Source of the DNA: Hyphomicrobiales bacterium
Lineage (GTDB): Bacteria; Pseudomonadota; Alphaproteobacteria; Rhizobiales; OSC116
Reading direction: 5' to 3'
Length of the DNA: 64,000 bases
Assembly: GCA_002401855.1 (NCBI GenBank)
Contig: NVUH01000007.1
Span: 49,826 to 113,825 of the forward strand
The first letter of the stretch is position 1. Each line of letters begins with the position of its first letter. This document shows, one piece after another, positions 47,881 through 56,501 of the stretch. A program made the position numbers and the translations under genes. The notes below the pieces were generated by a model. It saw only the letters and a list, made by a program, of their open reading frames with translations, did not search any database and had not been told where the DNA came from.

Positions 47881-49052
47881 TATAATATCACTCCGCTTTT
47901 TCTAAGCGCTGCTATTTCTTCAGGTTTAACATCAATTTGTTGCAAAATTTCATCCGTATGTTGCGAAATTTGCGGCGCAGAACGTGTTAATTTCACTCCG
48001 CCTTCATCTGCAAATTTGTAAGCAGATGTGGGTATATATTGGGGCTTGCCATTAATTGTCACTTTTTCAAAAAATTGTCGCGTATCAAGCTGCTGGTCAT
48101 TAACCGCAGCTGCCAAAGGGCGCAATTTTTCGGCTGGTAAGCCAATATTGTGCATATATTCCTGCCAAAACTCGGCCGTATTTTGTAAAAACACACTCCG
48201 CAATTCGGTGTAAAGACTCTCGCCAGCTTTCCACAACTCATCCCATTCATTCAAAATTGGAATTCTAATGTGGCAATAACCATCTAGAGACAAGGCTTTT
48301 AAACATTTGCTCATCTGCTGCGGCGTAAAAGCCCCTAAACATAATTCACCCTGTTGAGTTGGGTATATTTTAATGCCAGCTTCCAAATGGTTTGGGTTGT
48401 TATGTTGGTTTTTCTCTCGTGCCGCTTCAGGCGCCATCATTAACAAGGCCGTTTCATACATTGAAACTGAAATATAAGCCCCCATTCCCGTTCGTTCGGC
48501 TCTAAAAAGTGCAGCCGAAATTGCAAAAGCTGCCTCTAAACCTGTTGCATAATCTACAAAGGAAACACCAGGTTTATGCCCGCCACTTTGGCTAATGATG
48601 CCGCTTGAAGCCTGTATCACATTGTCATAAGCATTGGTTTTGGCTTTGTTGCCGGTCGCCCCAAAACCAGTGATTGAGCAATATATTAGCTTTGGGTTGA
48701 CGGCGGTTAGTGCTTTATAACCAAGCCCCAACTCATCAAGTGCAGAGGTGCGGTAATTTTCCACCAATATGTCGGCTTGCTTGATGAGTTTTTTAAATAT
48801 CGTTTGACCTTGGTAAGTTTTAAGGTCGATGCTGATTGCACGTTTATTGCCACCCTGCACTTGATAATTCATACCCAGCATTTTGTTGTTTTGAGAGACA
48901 TCACCACCGCGTCCCCGCGCGCAGTCTGGGTTTTTTGGGTTTTCAACTTTGATAACGTCAGCGCCCAATAGGGCGAATTGATAGGTTGCGAAAGGTCCTG
49001 CGAGAACATGTGTTAAATCAATGACTTTGATGTCTTTAAACGGTTGGCTCAC
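47880..49052 (-). CDS. Family III CoA-transferase (CaiB/BaiF)
   Basis: FKDIKVIDLTHVLAGPFATYQFALLGADVIKVE; stop shares 1 nt with next start. Confidence 0.85.
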   Translation of the reverse strand: MSQPFKDIKVIDLTHVLAGPFATYQFALLGADVIKVENPKNPDCARGRGGDVSQNNKMLGMNYQVQGGNKRAISIDLKTYQGQTIFKKLIKQADILVENYRTSALDELGLGYKALTAVNPKLIYCSITGFGATGNKAKTNAYDNVIQASSGIISQSGGHKPGVSFVDYATGLEAAFAISAALFRAERTGMGAYISVSMYETALLMMAPEAAREKNQHNNPNHLEAGIKIYPTQQGELCLGAFTPQQMSKCLKALSLDGYCHIRIPILNEWDELWKAGESLYTELRSVFLQNTAEFWQEYMHNIGLPAEKLRPLAAAVNDQQLDTRQFFEKVTINGKPQYIPTSAYKFADEGGVKLTRSAPQISQHTDEILQQIDVKPEEIAALRKSGVIL

Positions 49053-49122
49053 ATTATACCTATTTTGTTGAAATGTTATATTTTATATTGACTGATTTTC
49101 AAAAAATAATAAACTGCGATTG

Positions 49123-49157
49123 TGTTTTATACACTAAATTATGTTTTATATACAAAC
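49123..49157. promoter_or_regulatory. Two adjacent TGTTTTATA boxes (GTGTTTTATACAC and ATGTTTTATATACAAAC)
   Basis: Read directly in the divergent promoter region; the 17-mer is identical to 55865-55881. Confidence 0.45.
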
Positions 49158-49193
49158 GATAGTATCAAAATAACGACACTGGATCACATTGAA

Positions 49194-50552
49194 ATGACCG
49201 CTTTATTGCATCGAGACCTAAAATCTAACTTACCTATTGTAGTCAAAGGTGAGGGGTCTTATTTATTTGATGCCAAAAATAATAAATATTTAGATGCATG
49301 TGGCGGCGCCGCAGTGGCAAGTCTAGGTCATTCTCACCCAAAAGTTTTAAAAGCCATAAAAGCTCAATTGGATGATTTTTCATTCGCCCATACCGGTTTT
49401 TTTACCAACAATCCCGCCGAGCAACTTGCCTTAAAACTGCAACAATATGCACCTAAAGGTTTTGAAAATGCCCGCACCATGTTTTTAGGTTCAGGTTCTG
49501 AGGCGATGGAGGCCGCCATAAAACTTGCGCGCCAATTTCACCTAGAAAATGGCGAAGCCAGCCGAACCAAATTAATATCACGCGAATTTGCTTATCATGG
49601 CAATACACTTGCGGCGCTTGCTGTTGGTGGCCATCCAGAACGGCGCAAACCCTTTTTGCCTTTACTGCTTTGCGTCGGGCGCATTCCTGCATGTTATGCA
49701 TATCGTGAGCAGCAAGATTTTGAAAGTGAAGAGCAATATGGCATTCGCGCGGCCAATTATTTGGAAGCAGAAATTCTACGTTTAGGCGCAGACACTGTGG
49801 CGGCATTTACTGTAGAGCCAGTATCTGGCGCTACATTGGGCAGTGTGGTGGCGGCAAAGGGCTATTTTAAGCGCATACGTGAAATTTGCGACCAATATGG
49901 CGTGTTATTGATTGCTGATGAAGTTATGTGTGGGATGGGGCGTACAGGCACAATGTTTGCCATTGAACAAGAAGGCATTACCCCTGATATCATCACCATG
50001 GCGAAAGGTTTGGCGGCTGGCTACCAGCCTTTAGCCGCGGTTATGGCATCGGATAAAGTGGTGAATGTTATTTTGTCTGGTAGTGGTAAATTATGGAATG
50101 GCCACACCTATATGAGCCATGCTGTGGCTTGTGCAGGCGCACTTGCAGTGCTGAATGTCATCGAAGAGGAAAATTTATTAGAAAATGTAAATGTCCAAGG
50201 CAAAAAATTAGCCAAAGCGTTAAAACAAGAATTTTCAAACCGCGATTATATCGGCGACATTCGGGGGCGCGGTTTATTTTGGTCGTTAGAGCTTGTGCAA
50301 AATAAACGGACCAAGCAACCGTTTGACGCGGCATTGGGCTTGGCCGCTAAATTCAAATCAAAAGCATTTGAGAATGGTTTGCTCACCTATCCTGCTAGCG
50401 GGTTTATTGATGGCAAGTTGGGCGATCATGTTCTATTGGCACCACCGTATAATGTTTCAGATGCAGAAATATCTGAAATTATAAAAAAATTAGCGATTAC
50501 TTTTGATCAAATTATGCCAGTTTTAGCAAATGAGGGGCAAATTAATGACTGA
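49194..50552 (+). CDS. Class III (omega) aminotransferase
   Basis: YLDACGGAAVASLGHSHP, LIADEVMCGMGRTG, PDIITMAKGL (PLP-Lys); ATG 49194 preferred to GTG 49122, which lies inside the boxes. Confidence 0.85.
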   Translation: MTALLHRDLKSNLPIVVKGEGSYLFDAKNNKYLDACGGAAVASLGHSHPKVLKAIKAQLDDFSFAHTGFFTNNPAEQLALKLQQYAPKGFENARTMFLGSGSEAMEAAIKLARQFHLENGEASRTKLISREFAYHGNTLAALAVGGHPERRKPFLPLLLCVGRIPACYAYREQQDFESEEQYGIRAANYLEAEILRLGADTVAAFTVEPVSGATLGSVVAAKGYFKRIREICDQYGVLLIADEVMCGMGRTGTMFAIEQEGITPDIITMAKGLAAGYQPLAAVMASDKVVNVILSGSGKLWNGHTYMSHAVACAGALAVLNVIEEENLLENVNVQGKKLAKALKQEFSNRDYIGDIRGRGLFWSLELVQNKRTKQPFDAALGLAAKFKSKAFENGLLTYPASGFIDGKLGDHVLLAPPYNVSDAEISEIIKKLAITFDQIMPVLANEGQIND

Positions 50553-51420
50553 TAAAACAATCATCACTTGCGCAATAAATGGCAATTTAACCAAATTGTC
50601 TCAACATCCAGACTTGCCCATAACTCCACAACAAATTGCCAAAGCGGCATTAGACGCAGCCGATGCAGGCGCGGCAATTGTCCATTTACATGTCAGAAAT
50701 CCGGAAACATCAATTGGTTGTATGGATTTAGATTTGTATGAAGAAATGTATCATTTGATCAGATCAAAAAACACTGACCTCATTATAAACCTCACTACAG
50801 GCGAAGGCGGACGGTTTGTTCCCTCTGATGATGACCCGCAAATGGCCGCAAAAGGCAGCACGCTTTGCAGCCCAGAGCGCCGTGTCGAACATGTAAAAAG
50901 ACTAAAGCCCGAAATTTGCACCTTAGATTTCAATACAATGTGGTCTGGGCAAGCGGCCGTAATTAACAGCCCGCGAAATGTCAAAATTATGGCAGATATT
51001 ATTTACGCCGCAGGAACAAAACCTGAGATTGAATTATTTGATGGTGGCGACTTAAATATGGCGTTAGATTTCCTTAAAAAAGGCATCATCAAAGCGCCGT
51101 TAATGATGCAAATTGTGATGGGGGCAAATTATGGTGCCATTGCAAACCCGCAAACATTAATGTATCTGGTGTCTCAAATACCAAAGGACACTGTGTGGGC
51201 AGCGTTTGGCATTGGGCGGCACGAATTCCCAATGGTTGCACAGGCCTTTCTTTTGGGCGGTCATGTAAGGGTTGGTATGGAGGATAATTTGCAAATTAGC
51301 AAAGGTGTTTTGTGCAAAGATAACGCACAATTGGTTGGCAAAGCCAAATTGATCATTGAAAATTTGGGCGGAACCATAGCCACTCCAACAGATGCACGCA
51401 AAATGCTAGATTTAACCTAA
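50545..51420 (+). CDS. BKACE (DUF849) family beta-keto acid cleavage enzyme, second paralog
   Basis: IITCAINGNLTKLSQHPDLPITPQQIA...AGAAIVHLHVRN; ATG overlaps aminotransferase stop by 8 nt. Confidence 0.85.
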   Translation: MTDKTIITCAINGNLTKLSQHPDLPITPQQIAKAALDAADAGAAIVHLHVRNPETSIGCMDLDLYEEMYHLIRSKNTDLIINLTTGEGGRFVPSDDDPQMAAKGSTLCSPERRVEHVKRLKPEICTLDFNTMWSGQAAVINSPRNVKIMADIIYAAGTKPEIELFDGGDLNMALDFLKKGIIKAPLMMQIVMGANYGAIANPQTLMYLVSQIPKDTVWAAFGIGRHEFPMVAQAFLLGGHVRVGMEDNLQISKGVLCKDNAQLVGKAKLIIENLGGTIATPTDARKMLDLT

Positions 51421-51436
51421 TGTATTGGAGGCTGAA

Positions 51437-52075
51437 ATGGTGAAAAATAATATGAATGACACGATAAACCCAACCAATAGGTTGCCGCTCACCAATGAAG
51501 ACACCGTCGGGCCCTATTATCCTATTTGTTATGATCATGATGACCGAATGGATTTAACCAAATCAATTGTTGGCCAACAATTCGAGCCCAAAGGTGACAA
51601 AATTATCCTTCGTGGGCGGTATATAGATAAAAATGGCGACGGCGCACATGGCGCATTGATAGAGTTTTGGCAAGCCAACGCCCAAGGGGTGTTTAGAACC
51701 GAAGACACAGAATCTTCGCCAGAAATTGACCCACATTTCGATGGTTATACGCGATACCGCACTGTCACTGGCGATTTTGAACTTAAAACCATAAAATCTG
51801 GCACGCAATTAGGCCGTGCGCCCAACATCACTTTGACATTGTTTTCAGATGGCATTTCAAGACTGGTGACCCAAGTTTTCTTTGAAAATGAAATTTCAAA
51901 TGAAACCGACCCCGTGCTCATGTCGTTGCCGCAAGATAAACGTGACAAATTAATTGCGCGACTTGTTGGTGAAGATGACGATAACATTCCGATTTATGAC
52001 ATTGAAATTATTTTGGCAGGTGAGGGTGAGACGCCCTTTTTTGATGATTTTTTAGCATTAGGGTGGAGAGATTAA
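51437..52075 (+). CDS. pcaG: Protocatechuate 3,4-dioxygenase alpha-subunit-like (intradiol dioxygenase family)
   Basis: TVGPYYP..., IEFWQANAQGVF...; GGAGG SD before ATG 51437. Confidence 0.65.
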   Translation: MVKNNMNDTINPTNRLPLTNEDTVGPYYPICYDHDDRMDLTKSIVGQQFEPKGDKIILRGRYIDKNGDGAHGALIEFWQANAQGVFRTEDTESSPEIDPHFDGYTRYRTVTGDFELKTIKSGTQLGRAPNITLTLFSDGISRLVTQVFFENEISNETDPVLMSLPQDKRDKLIARLVGEDDDNIPIYDIEIILAGEGETPFFDDFLALGWRD

Positions 52076-52743
52076 TGGAAAAATTAGGTAGAAAATTACG
52101 CATTGGCCCGACCGACAATACATCTTATGAGCGCACGCCGAGAGAAAATTTACGCATCATCCCGCCTGCCGCGCGCGATAGCTTTTTACCATATTCTCGG
52201 GTGCAGCCCGGCATTCGCTTGGGCGAAAACGACTTAACACGCTTAGCGCCCGATCTGCCACGTGCTGATGGTGATGCGATAGAAATGAGCGGCCAAATAT
52301 TGGATGACACTGGCCAGCCGCTCCGTCATGCTTTGGTCGAAATTTGGAACGCCAATAAATATGGTAAATATGCTCATGATTTAGATGGTTATAGCGCTCC
52401 GTTAGACCCTAATTTTATTGGCCTTGGCCGTATGTTGACTGATGAAGAAGGCCGATATAAATTTTGGACAATCGACCCTGGATGCTATCTTGCACGGCCT
52501 GATATTAACAGGTGGCGGCCGAAACATATTCATTTGTCTATAAGGGGCGGTGCATCACGGCTCATCACGCAAATGTATTTTAAAGATGCCGAACATAATG
52601 ACACCGACCCCATGCGCATTGTGATGGGTGATGATTTTCATTTAAACATCGGCAAACAATATGAAACACCCAATATAGACGTTGAGCGCGGGTATAAATT
52701 TGACATTGTGATAAGAGGCAAAGACTCAACTTTTTTTGAGTAG
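52075..52743 (+). CDS. pcaH: Protocatechuate 3,4-dioxygenase beta-subunit-like
   Basis: VEIWNANKYGKYAH, DPGCY, WRPKHIHLSI (positions of the Tyr/Tyr/His/His iron ligands appear conserved by eye); TAATG overlap with alpha. Confidence 0.7.
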   Translation: MEKLGRKLRIGPTDNTSYERTPRENLRIIPPAARDSFLPYSRVQPGIRLGENDLTRLAPDLPRADGDAIEMSGQILDDTGQPLRHALVEIWNANKYGKYAHDLDGYSAPLDPNFIGLGRMLTDEEGRYKFWTIDPGCYLARPDINRWRPKHIHLSIRGGASRLITQMYFKDAEHNDTDPMRIVMGDDFHLNIGKQYETPNIDVERGYKFDIVIRGKDSTFFE

Positions 52744-52769
52744 GTAATTTAGCATTTATTGGATGCAAT

Positions 52770-54707
52770 CTATGCGGTCACTCGCTTGTCATGGTTGAGT
52801 AAAAAGAGGCATAATGCAGCCATTATTATGGAAAACACCACCCATAAACCACTGTCGATGGCGTCTCCAATCGTTGTGCCAAATAATGCCGCTGCTAATA
52901 TGAATAGGACTATTCTGGTTTTCCAAGATAAATACCAACGCCAATAGCCAATGCTTGCAATGGGTATGACAGCAAATAATGCCATTCCAATGCAAAAATC
53001 ATAAAGCACTTCGAGCCAGTTCTCATCTAATAAGCTTGAAAACGCAAACATAAATGGCAAAATATATAGTGCTTTTGCGATTTTTACACACTCCCATCCC
53101 GTTCGCATCGGGGGCGCTTCGGCAATGCGCGCGCCTACAATTGCAGTCATGCAAATTGGCGGTGTTATGGTCGAATCTTGTGCAAACCAAAAAATAATTA
53201 AGTGAGCCGCAAGGATAGATATTCCCATGTCTTGTAATGCCCCCGCGCCCAAAGCGGCTATGATCACATAGGCTGCCGTAACTGGCAGACCCATGCCAAT
53301 AACATAAGACATAAGACCGATTAAAATTATAGCAATAACCGCGGAACCCGCTGAATAAGCGATGAGAATGGAGGTGATTTTGGTCAATAACCCGGTTTGA
53401 ACGGTAACTGCATAAATGATGGCAGCACTGGCCAATAACGCCGAAATGGTGGCCGCAGATCTTGCGCCGCCTTCAAGTGCTGTTAACAATTGCCGCCAAT
53501 TTAACCGTGTGGCTTTTTTGGCATAACTGATGACGATGGTCATAACAACGCAAGCTGTGCTCGCAAAATAGGGGGTGAATTTCATCAATAGGAGAATGAT
53601 TAAAATGATGACAGGTATAAATACATGCCCGCCATTTTTCAGCACTTGCCACGCGCTTTTAAGTTTGTTTTTATCAATGCCTTTCATGCCATATTCGGCG
53701 GCTTTAATATCAGCATAAAAATAAATAGCCGCATAATATAAAATCGCAGGTGCCGTCGAATAGATTAAAATTGTCACCAGTGGAATGTTTGTCAAACTCG
53801 CCATGATGAACACACCAGTGCCCATTAATGGTGGCATAAGCCCGCCACCCACCGAAGACACCACTTCGATGGCTGCAGCTTCATAATTTTTAAAGCCGAG
53901 TTTTTTCATCATTGGAATGGTCATAGTGCCCGTTGTAGATACATTTGAGATAGAGCTGCCAGATAACATGCCCATTAATGCACTCGATACAACGGCTACT
54001 TTTGCGGGTCCACCACGGCGATGCCCGGCAATTGCACTTGCAAGTTCGGTAAAAACCTTATCGCCGCCTGTCATTCGTAGAAGAACCCCGAAGAGTAAAA
54101 AGGTAAATATAAATGTGGCCATGATGCCAGTGATGAAATTAAAAATACCTTCGACATCCATATACATTGTTTCGACCAGTTCGACAGTTGAAATGCCTTT
54201 ATGCTCTAAAATGCCCGGAAATAAATTGCCATATAGCGCATAGAAAATAAAAATGAGATTAAGAATAACAATGGTTGCACCCACAGTGCGCCTTGTCGCT
54301 TCGAAAATGGCTAACATCGCAATGCAGCCAAAAATAAAATCGGTATTTGGCACGGGATCGAACCCAATAAAACGATCTAGCCATCGATCTGCACTGGCAA
54401 ACGCCCATATAAAAGCAGCCATTGCAGCCAAAGCAAATGCCCAATCGAACAGGCTTGGAGATATTCTATGAGAGGATTTAAGCGCAGGATATAATAATAG
54501 GGTCAGTGGCACCATGAACATTAAATGCATGGCACGCATTTGTATTTGACCGGGTGTGATGTTAAATGCGTAATAAAGAGTGATTAATGTGATTGCAATT
54601 GCAGCGACGGTAATCGGAACGCGTTGCCAACCCGTAATTTTTCTTTGTTCATTTGGAAATGTTTTATTTCTTAAGCTCTTTGTGCTGTCATAAAAATTAC
54701 GTAGCAT
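52770..54707 (-). CDS. TAXI-type TRAP transporter fused (4TM/12TM) permease
   Basis: 645-aa polytopic protein downstream of TAXI binding protein. Confidence 0.85.
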   Translation of the reverse strand: MLRNFYDSTKSLRNKTFPNEQRKITGWQRVPITVAAIAITLITLYYAFNITPGQIQMRAMHLMFMVPLTLLLYPALKSSHRISPSLFDWAFALAAMAAFIWAFASADRWLDRFIGFDPVPNTDFIFGCIAMLAIFEATRRTVGATIVILNLIFIFYALYGNLFPGILEHKGISTVELVETMYMDVEGIFNFITGIMATFIFTFLLFGVLLRMTGGDKVFTELASAIAGHRRGGPAKVAVVSSALMGMLSGSSISNVSTTGTMTIPMMKKLGFKNYEAAAIEVVSSVGGGLMPPLMGTGVFIMASLTNIPLVTILIYSTAPAILYYAAIYFYADIKAAEYGMKGIDKNKLKSAWQVLKNGGHVFIPVIILIILLLMKFTPYFASTACVVMTIVISYAKKATRLNWRQLLTALEGGARSAATISALLASAAIIYAVTVQTGLLTKITSILIAYSAGSAVIAIILIGLMSYVIGMGLPVTAAYVIIAALGAGALQDMGISILAAHLIIFWFAQDSTITPPICMTAIVGARIAEAPPMRTGWECVKIAKALYILPFMFAFSSLLDENWLEVLYDFCIGMALFAVIPIASIGYWRWYLSWKTRIVLFILAAALFGTTIGDAIDSGLWVVFSIIMAALCLFLLNHDKRVTA

Positions 54708-54727
54708 TTATTCTAACCTGTAAAATA

Positions 54728-54757
54728 TTAAAAAAAGGCGGTCAAATTGACCGCCTT
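54728..54757 (-). terminator. Hairpin plus U7 between TAXI binding-protein and permease genes
   Basis: AAGGCGGTC-AAATT-GACCGCCTT, A-run 54730-54736 gives a U-run on the minus strand. Confidence 0.65.
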
Positions 54758-54777
54758 ACGATCGTAATGAATGTAGA

Positions 54778-55767
54778 CTACATCCAACCACGTTCTTTGT
54801 AATATTTTACGGCGCCAGGATGGGTAGGAATTGGATGCCCAATTGGCAAGTCGGCTGGTTTCCAGTTTTTGAAGCCACCATAAGCTGCAATGAGCTTATC
54901 GTGATTTTCAGCCATTTCTTTCACCATATTATAGACGATTTCATCATCCATATCGGCCGTTGTAAAAATGACAGTCGGAAGATTTAGTGAATCCACTGGG
55001 TTATCTTGTCCGTCATAGGTGCCCGCTGGAATTGTAAAGGGCGTGTAACCCCATTTATTCACCATGATATCACGCACATTATCTGGTATTGAGAAAACGC
55101 GCGCATTTCGTGCCGTAATGGCTTGCGTTAAATCGCTAGAGTTCATTCCAACAGTATTGGTGTAAATATCCAATTGACGATTTTGAAATGCATCAAGAAG
55201 GCCCTGTTGCGCACCCTGTTCAACGTGAGTACCAGCAGCGCTAAGTTGATCATAGTCAAAGCCGTAAGTCATCATTATTTTTTCGATTGCAAAATAGTTT
55301 GAAGAACCTTTTTGTCCAACCCCAATGCTGGTTTTTCCACCCGTTTTAAGGTCATCAAAAACACTATTCTCAACGCCTTCAGCCAACACTATATGAACCG
55401 TGTTTGCAACCACATTGGCCACCATCCGCAGGTTTTTAAACCCGTCAATGTCATAAACATCGTTTTCCCCTTCATAAGCAAGCTTTAAGAATGGGCCATA
55501 AGAAAGACCAAATTCAGCTTTGCCAGAACCCACCTGCAATGGGTTGCCAATTGCGCCTTTGCCAGGAATTGTTGTGACGGGTTGGCCATCATAGTGACCG
55601 TTGACCATTTCAGAAATTGCAGCCGCCGTTGGGTACCAGGTGCCTGTCGGGCCACCTGAAATGAATGAAAGAGCTTTATGAGGCTCAGCTGAAACGTTTG
55701 AAAAGCTTATCGAAGCCACTAAACTTATACCAATTGCAATGGATTTATACTTATTAATGAAATACAT
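54778..55767 (-). CDS. TAXI-family TRAP substrate-binding protein
   Basis: Signal peptide then GGPTGTWYPTAAAISEMV typical of the TAXI/immunogenic-protein family; GGGAGGG SD before ATG 55767. Confidence 0.85.
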   Translation of the reverse strand: MYFINKYKSIAIGISLVASISFSNVSAEPHKALSFISGGPTGTWYPTAAAISEMVNGHYDGQPVTTIPGKGAIGNPLQVGSGKAEFGLSYGPFLKLAYEGENDVYDIDGFKNLRMVANVVANTVHIVLAEGVENSVFDDLKTGGKTSIGVGQKGSSNYFAIEKIMMTYGFDYDQLSAAGTHVEQGAQQGLLDAFQNRQLDIYTNTVGMNSSDLTQAITARNARVFSIPDNVRDIMVNKWGYTPFTIPAGTYDGQDNPVDSLNLPTVIFTTADMDDEIVYNMVKEMAENHDKLIAAYGGFKNWKPADLPIGHPIPTHPGAVKYYKERGWM

Positions 55768-55864
55768 ATTCCCTCCCAAGAAAAATTATTAGATTAACAC
55801 AAGTCTTTAATTTTTTATTGTGCTCGCGATCGAAATTAGTGAAAATTAGTTTACATGTCAATAA

Positions 55865-55881
55865 ATGTTTTATATACAAAC
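55865..55881. promoter_or_regulatory. 17-mer ATGTTTTATATACAAAC identical to 49141-49157
   Basis: Read directly 98 nt upstream of the TAXI SBP start; embedded in inverted repeat AAATTAGTTT (55843-52) / AAACTAATTT (55878-87). Confidence 0.45.
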
Positions 55882-56281
55882 TAATTTACAGCTTTCAAAC
55901 TTTAATCTTGTATCGAATTAAATAAGATTAATCAGGTAGGTCACTTGAGAAAGCCAACTTCATAAATGGAGTTTAAATAAACAATAAAAAATTGTAGAAA
56001 CTTCGAAAATCATAAAAACCGAAGCACTTATTAAAAGTGGACGCAGCCCACAAAGAATATAACAATATTTTTGGAGGATATAATGACCCGAATGAGACCT
56101 GCCAAAGAGTTCCGAGATGCAGTGATTGATTAGCCAGAAACTCACGAACAAACCAACCACAATAAGGAAAGTTTAGAAGAGCTTATTCCTTTCATTGTTG
56201 CTAATTTTTCAAACCCGATTATATTTTTAAACGAGCTATGAAAACTATAATAAAGCTGGATCAGTGGATTGGGTTTTCAAC

Positions 56282-56401
56282 CTAAATGATTTGAGCTACC
56301 GCATCTCGCTTAAATTCCTCGGTGTAACGACTGCTTGACATACGTCTTCTCCTTACTTTCTTTTTACCCTACAAAGTGTCTGTTAATCTAGCGGCTATTC
56401 A
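56282..56401 (-). mobile_element. Scar of a second, different IS3-family element (left end plus first 19 codons of orfA)
   Basis: GGAGAAGACGT-ATG MSSSRYTEEFKRDAVAQII-stop; putative IRL TGAATAGCCGCTAGATTAACAGACAC about 60 nt upstream of the ATG. Confidence 0.45.
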
Positions 56402-56501
56402 GATAACACTCTGCACTAGCTTGGAAAAGTGTCTTGGTTTTTGAAAATATAGTTGCTTAAACGAATACAAGGAACGGAACGAAAGCGGGAAACGATCACT
56501 A

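Noticed and set aside
55960-56160. 66-aa minus-strand ORF and a short plus-strand ORF (MTRMRPAKEFRDAVID) in the long spacer
   Set aside because: The 66-aa translation is hydrophobic and low in complexity with no start signal. The plus-strand ORF is 16 codons and stops immediately. Both lie in a region that looks like decayed DNA next to an IS scar.
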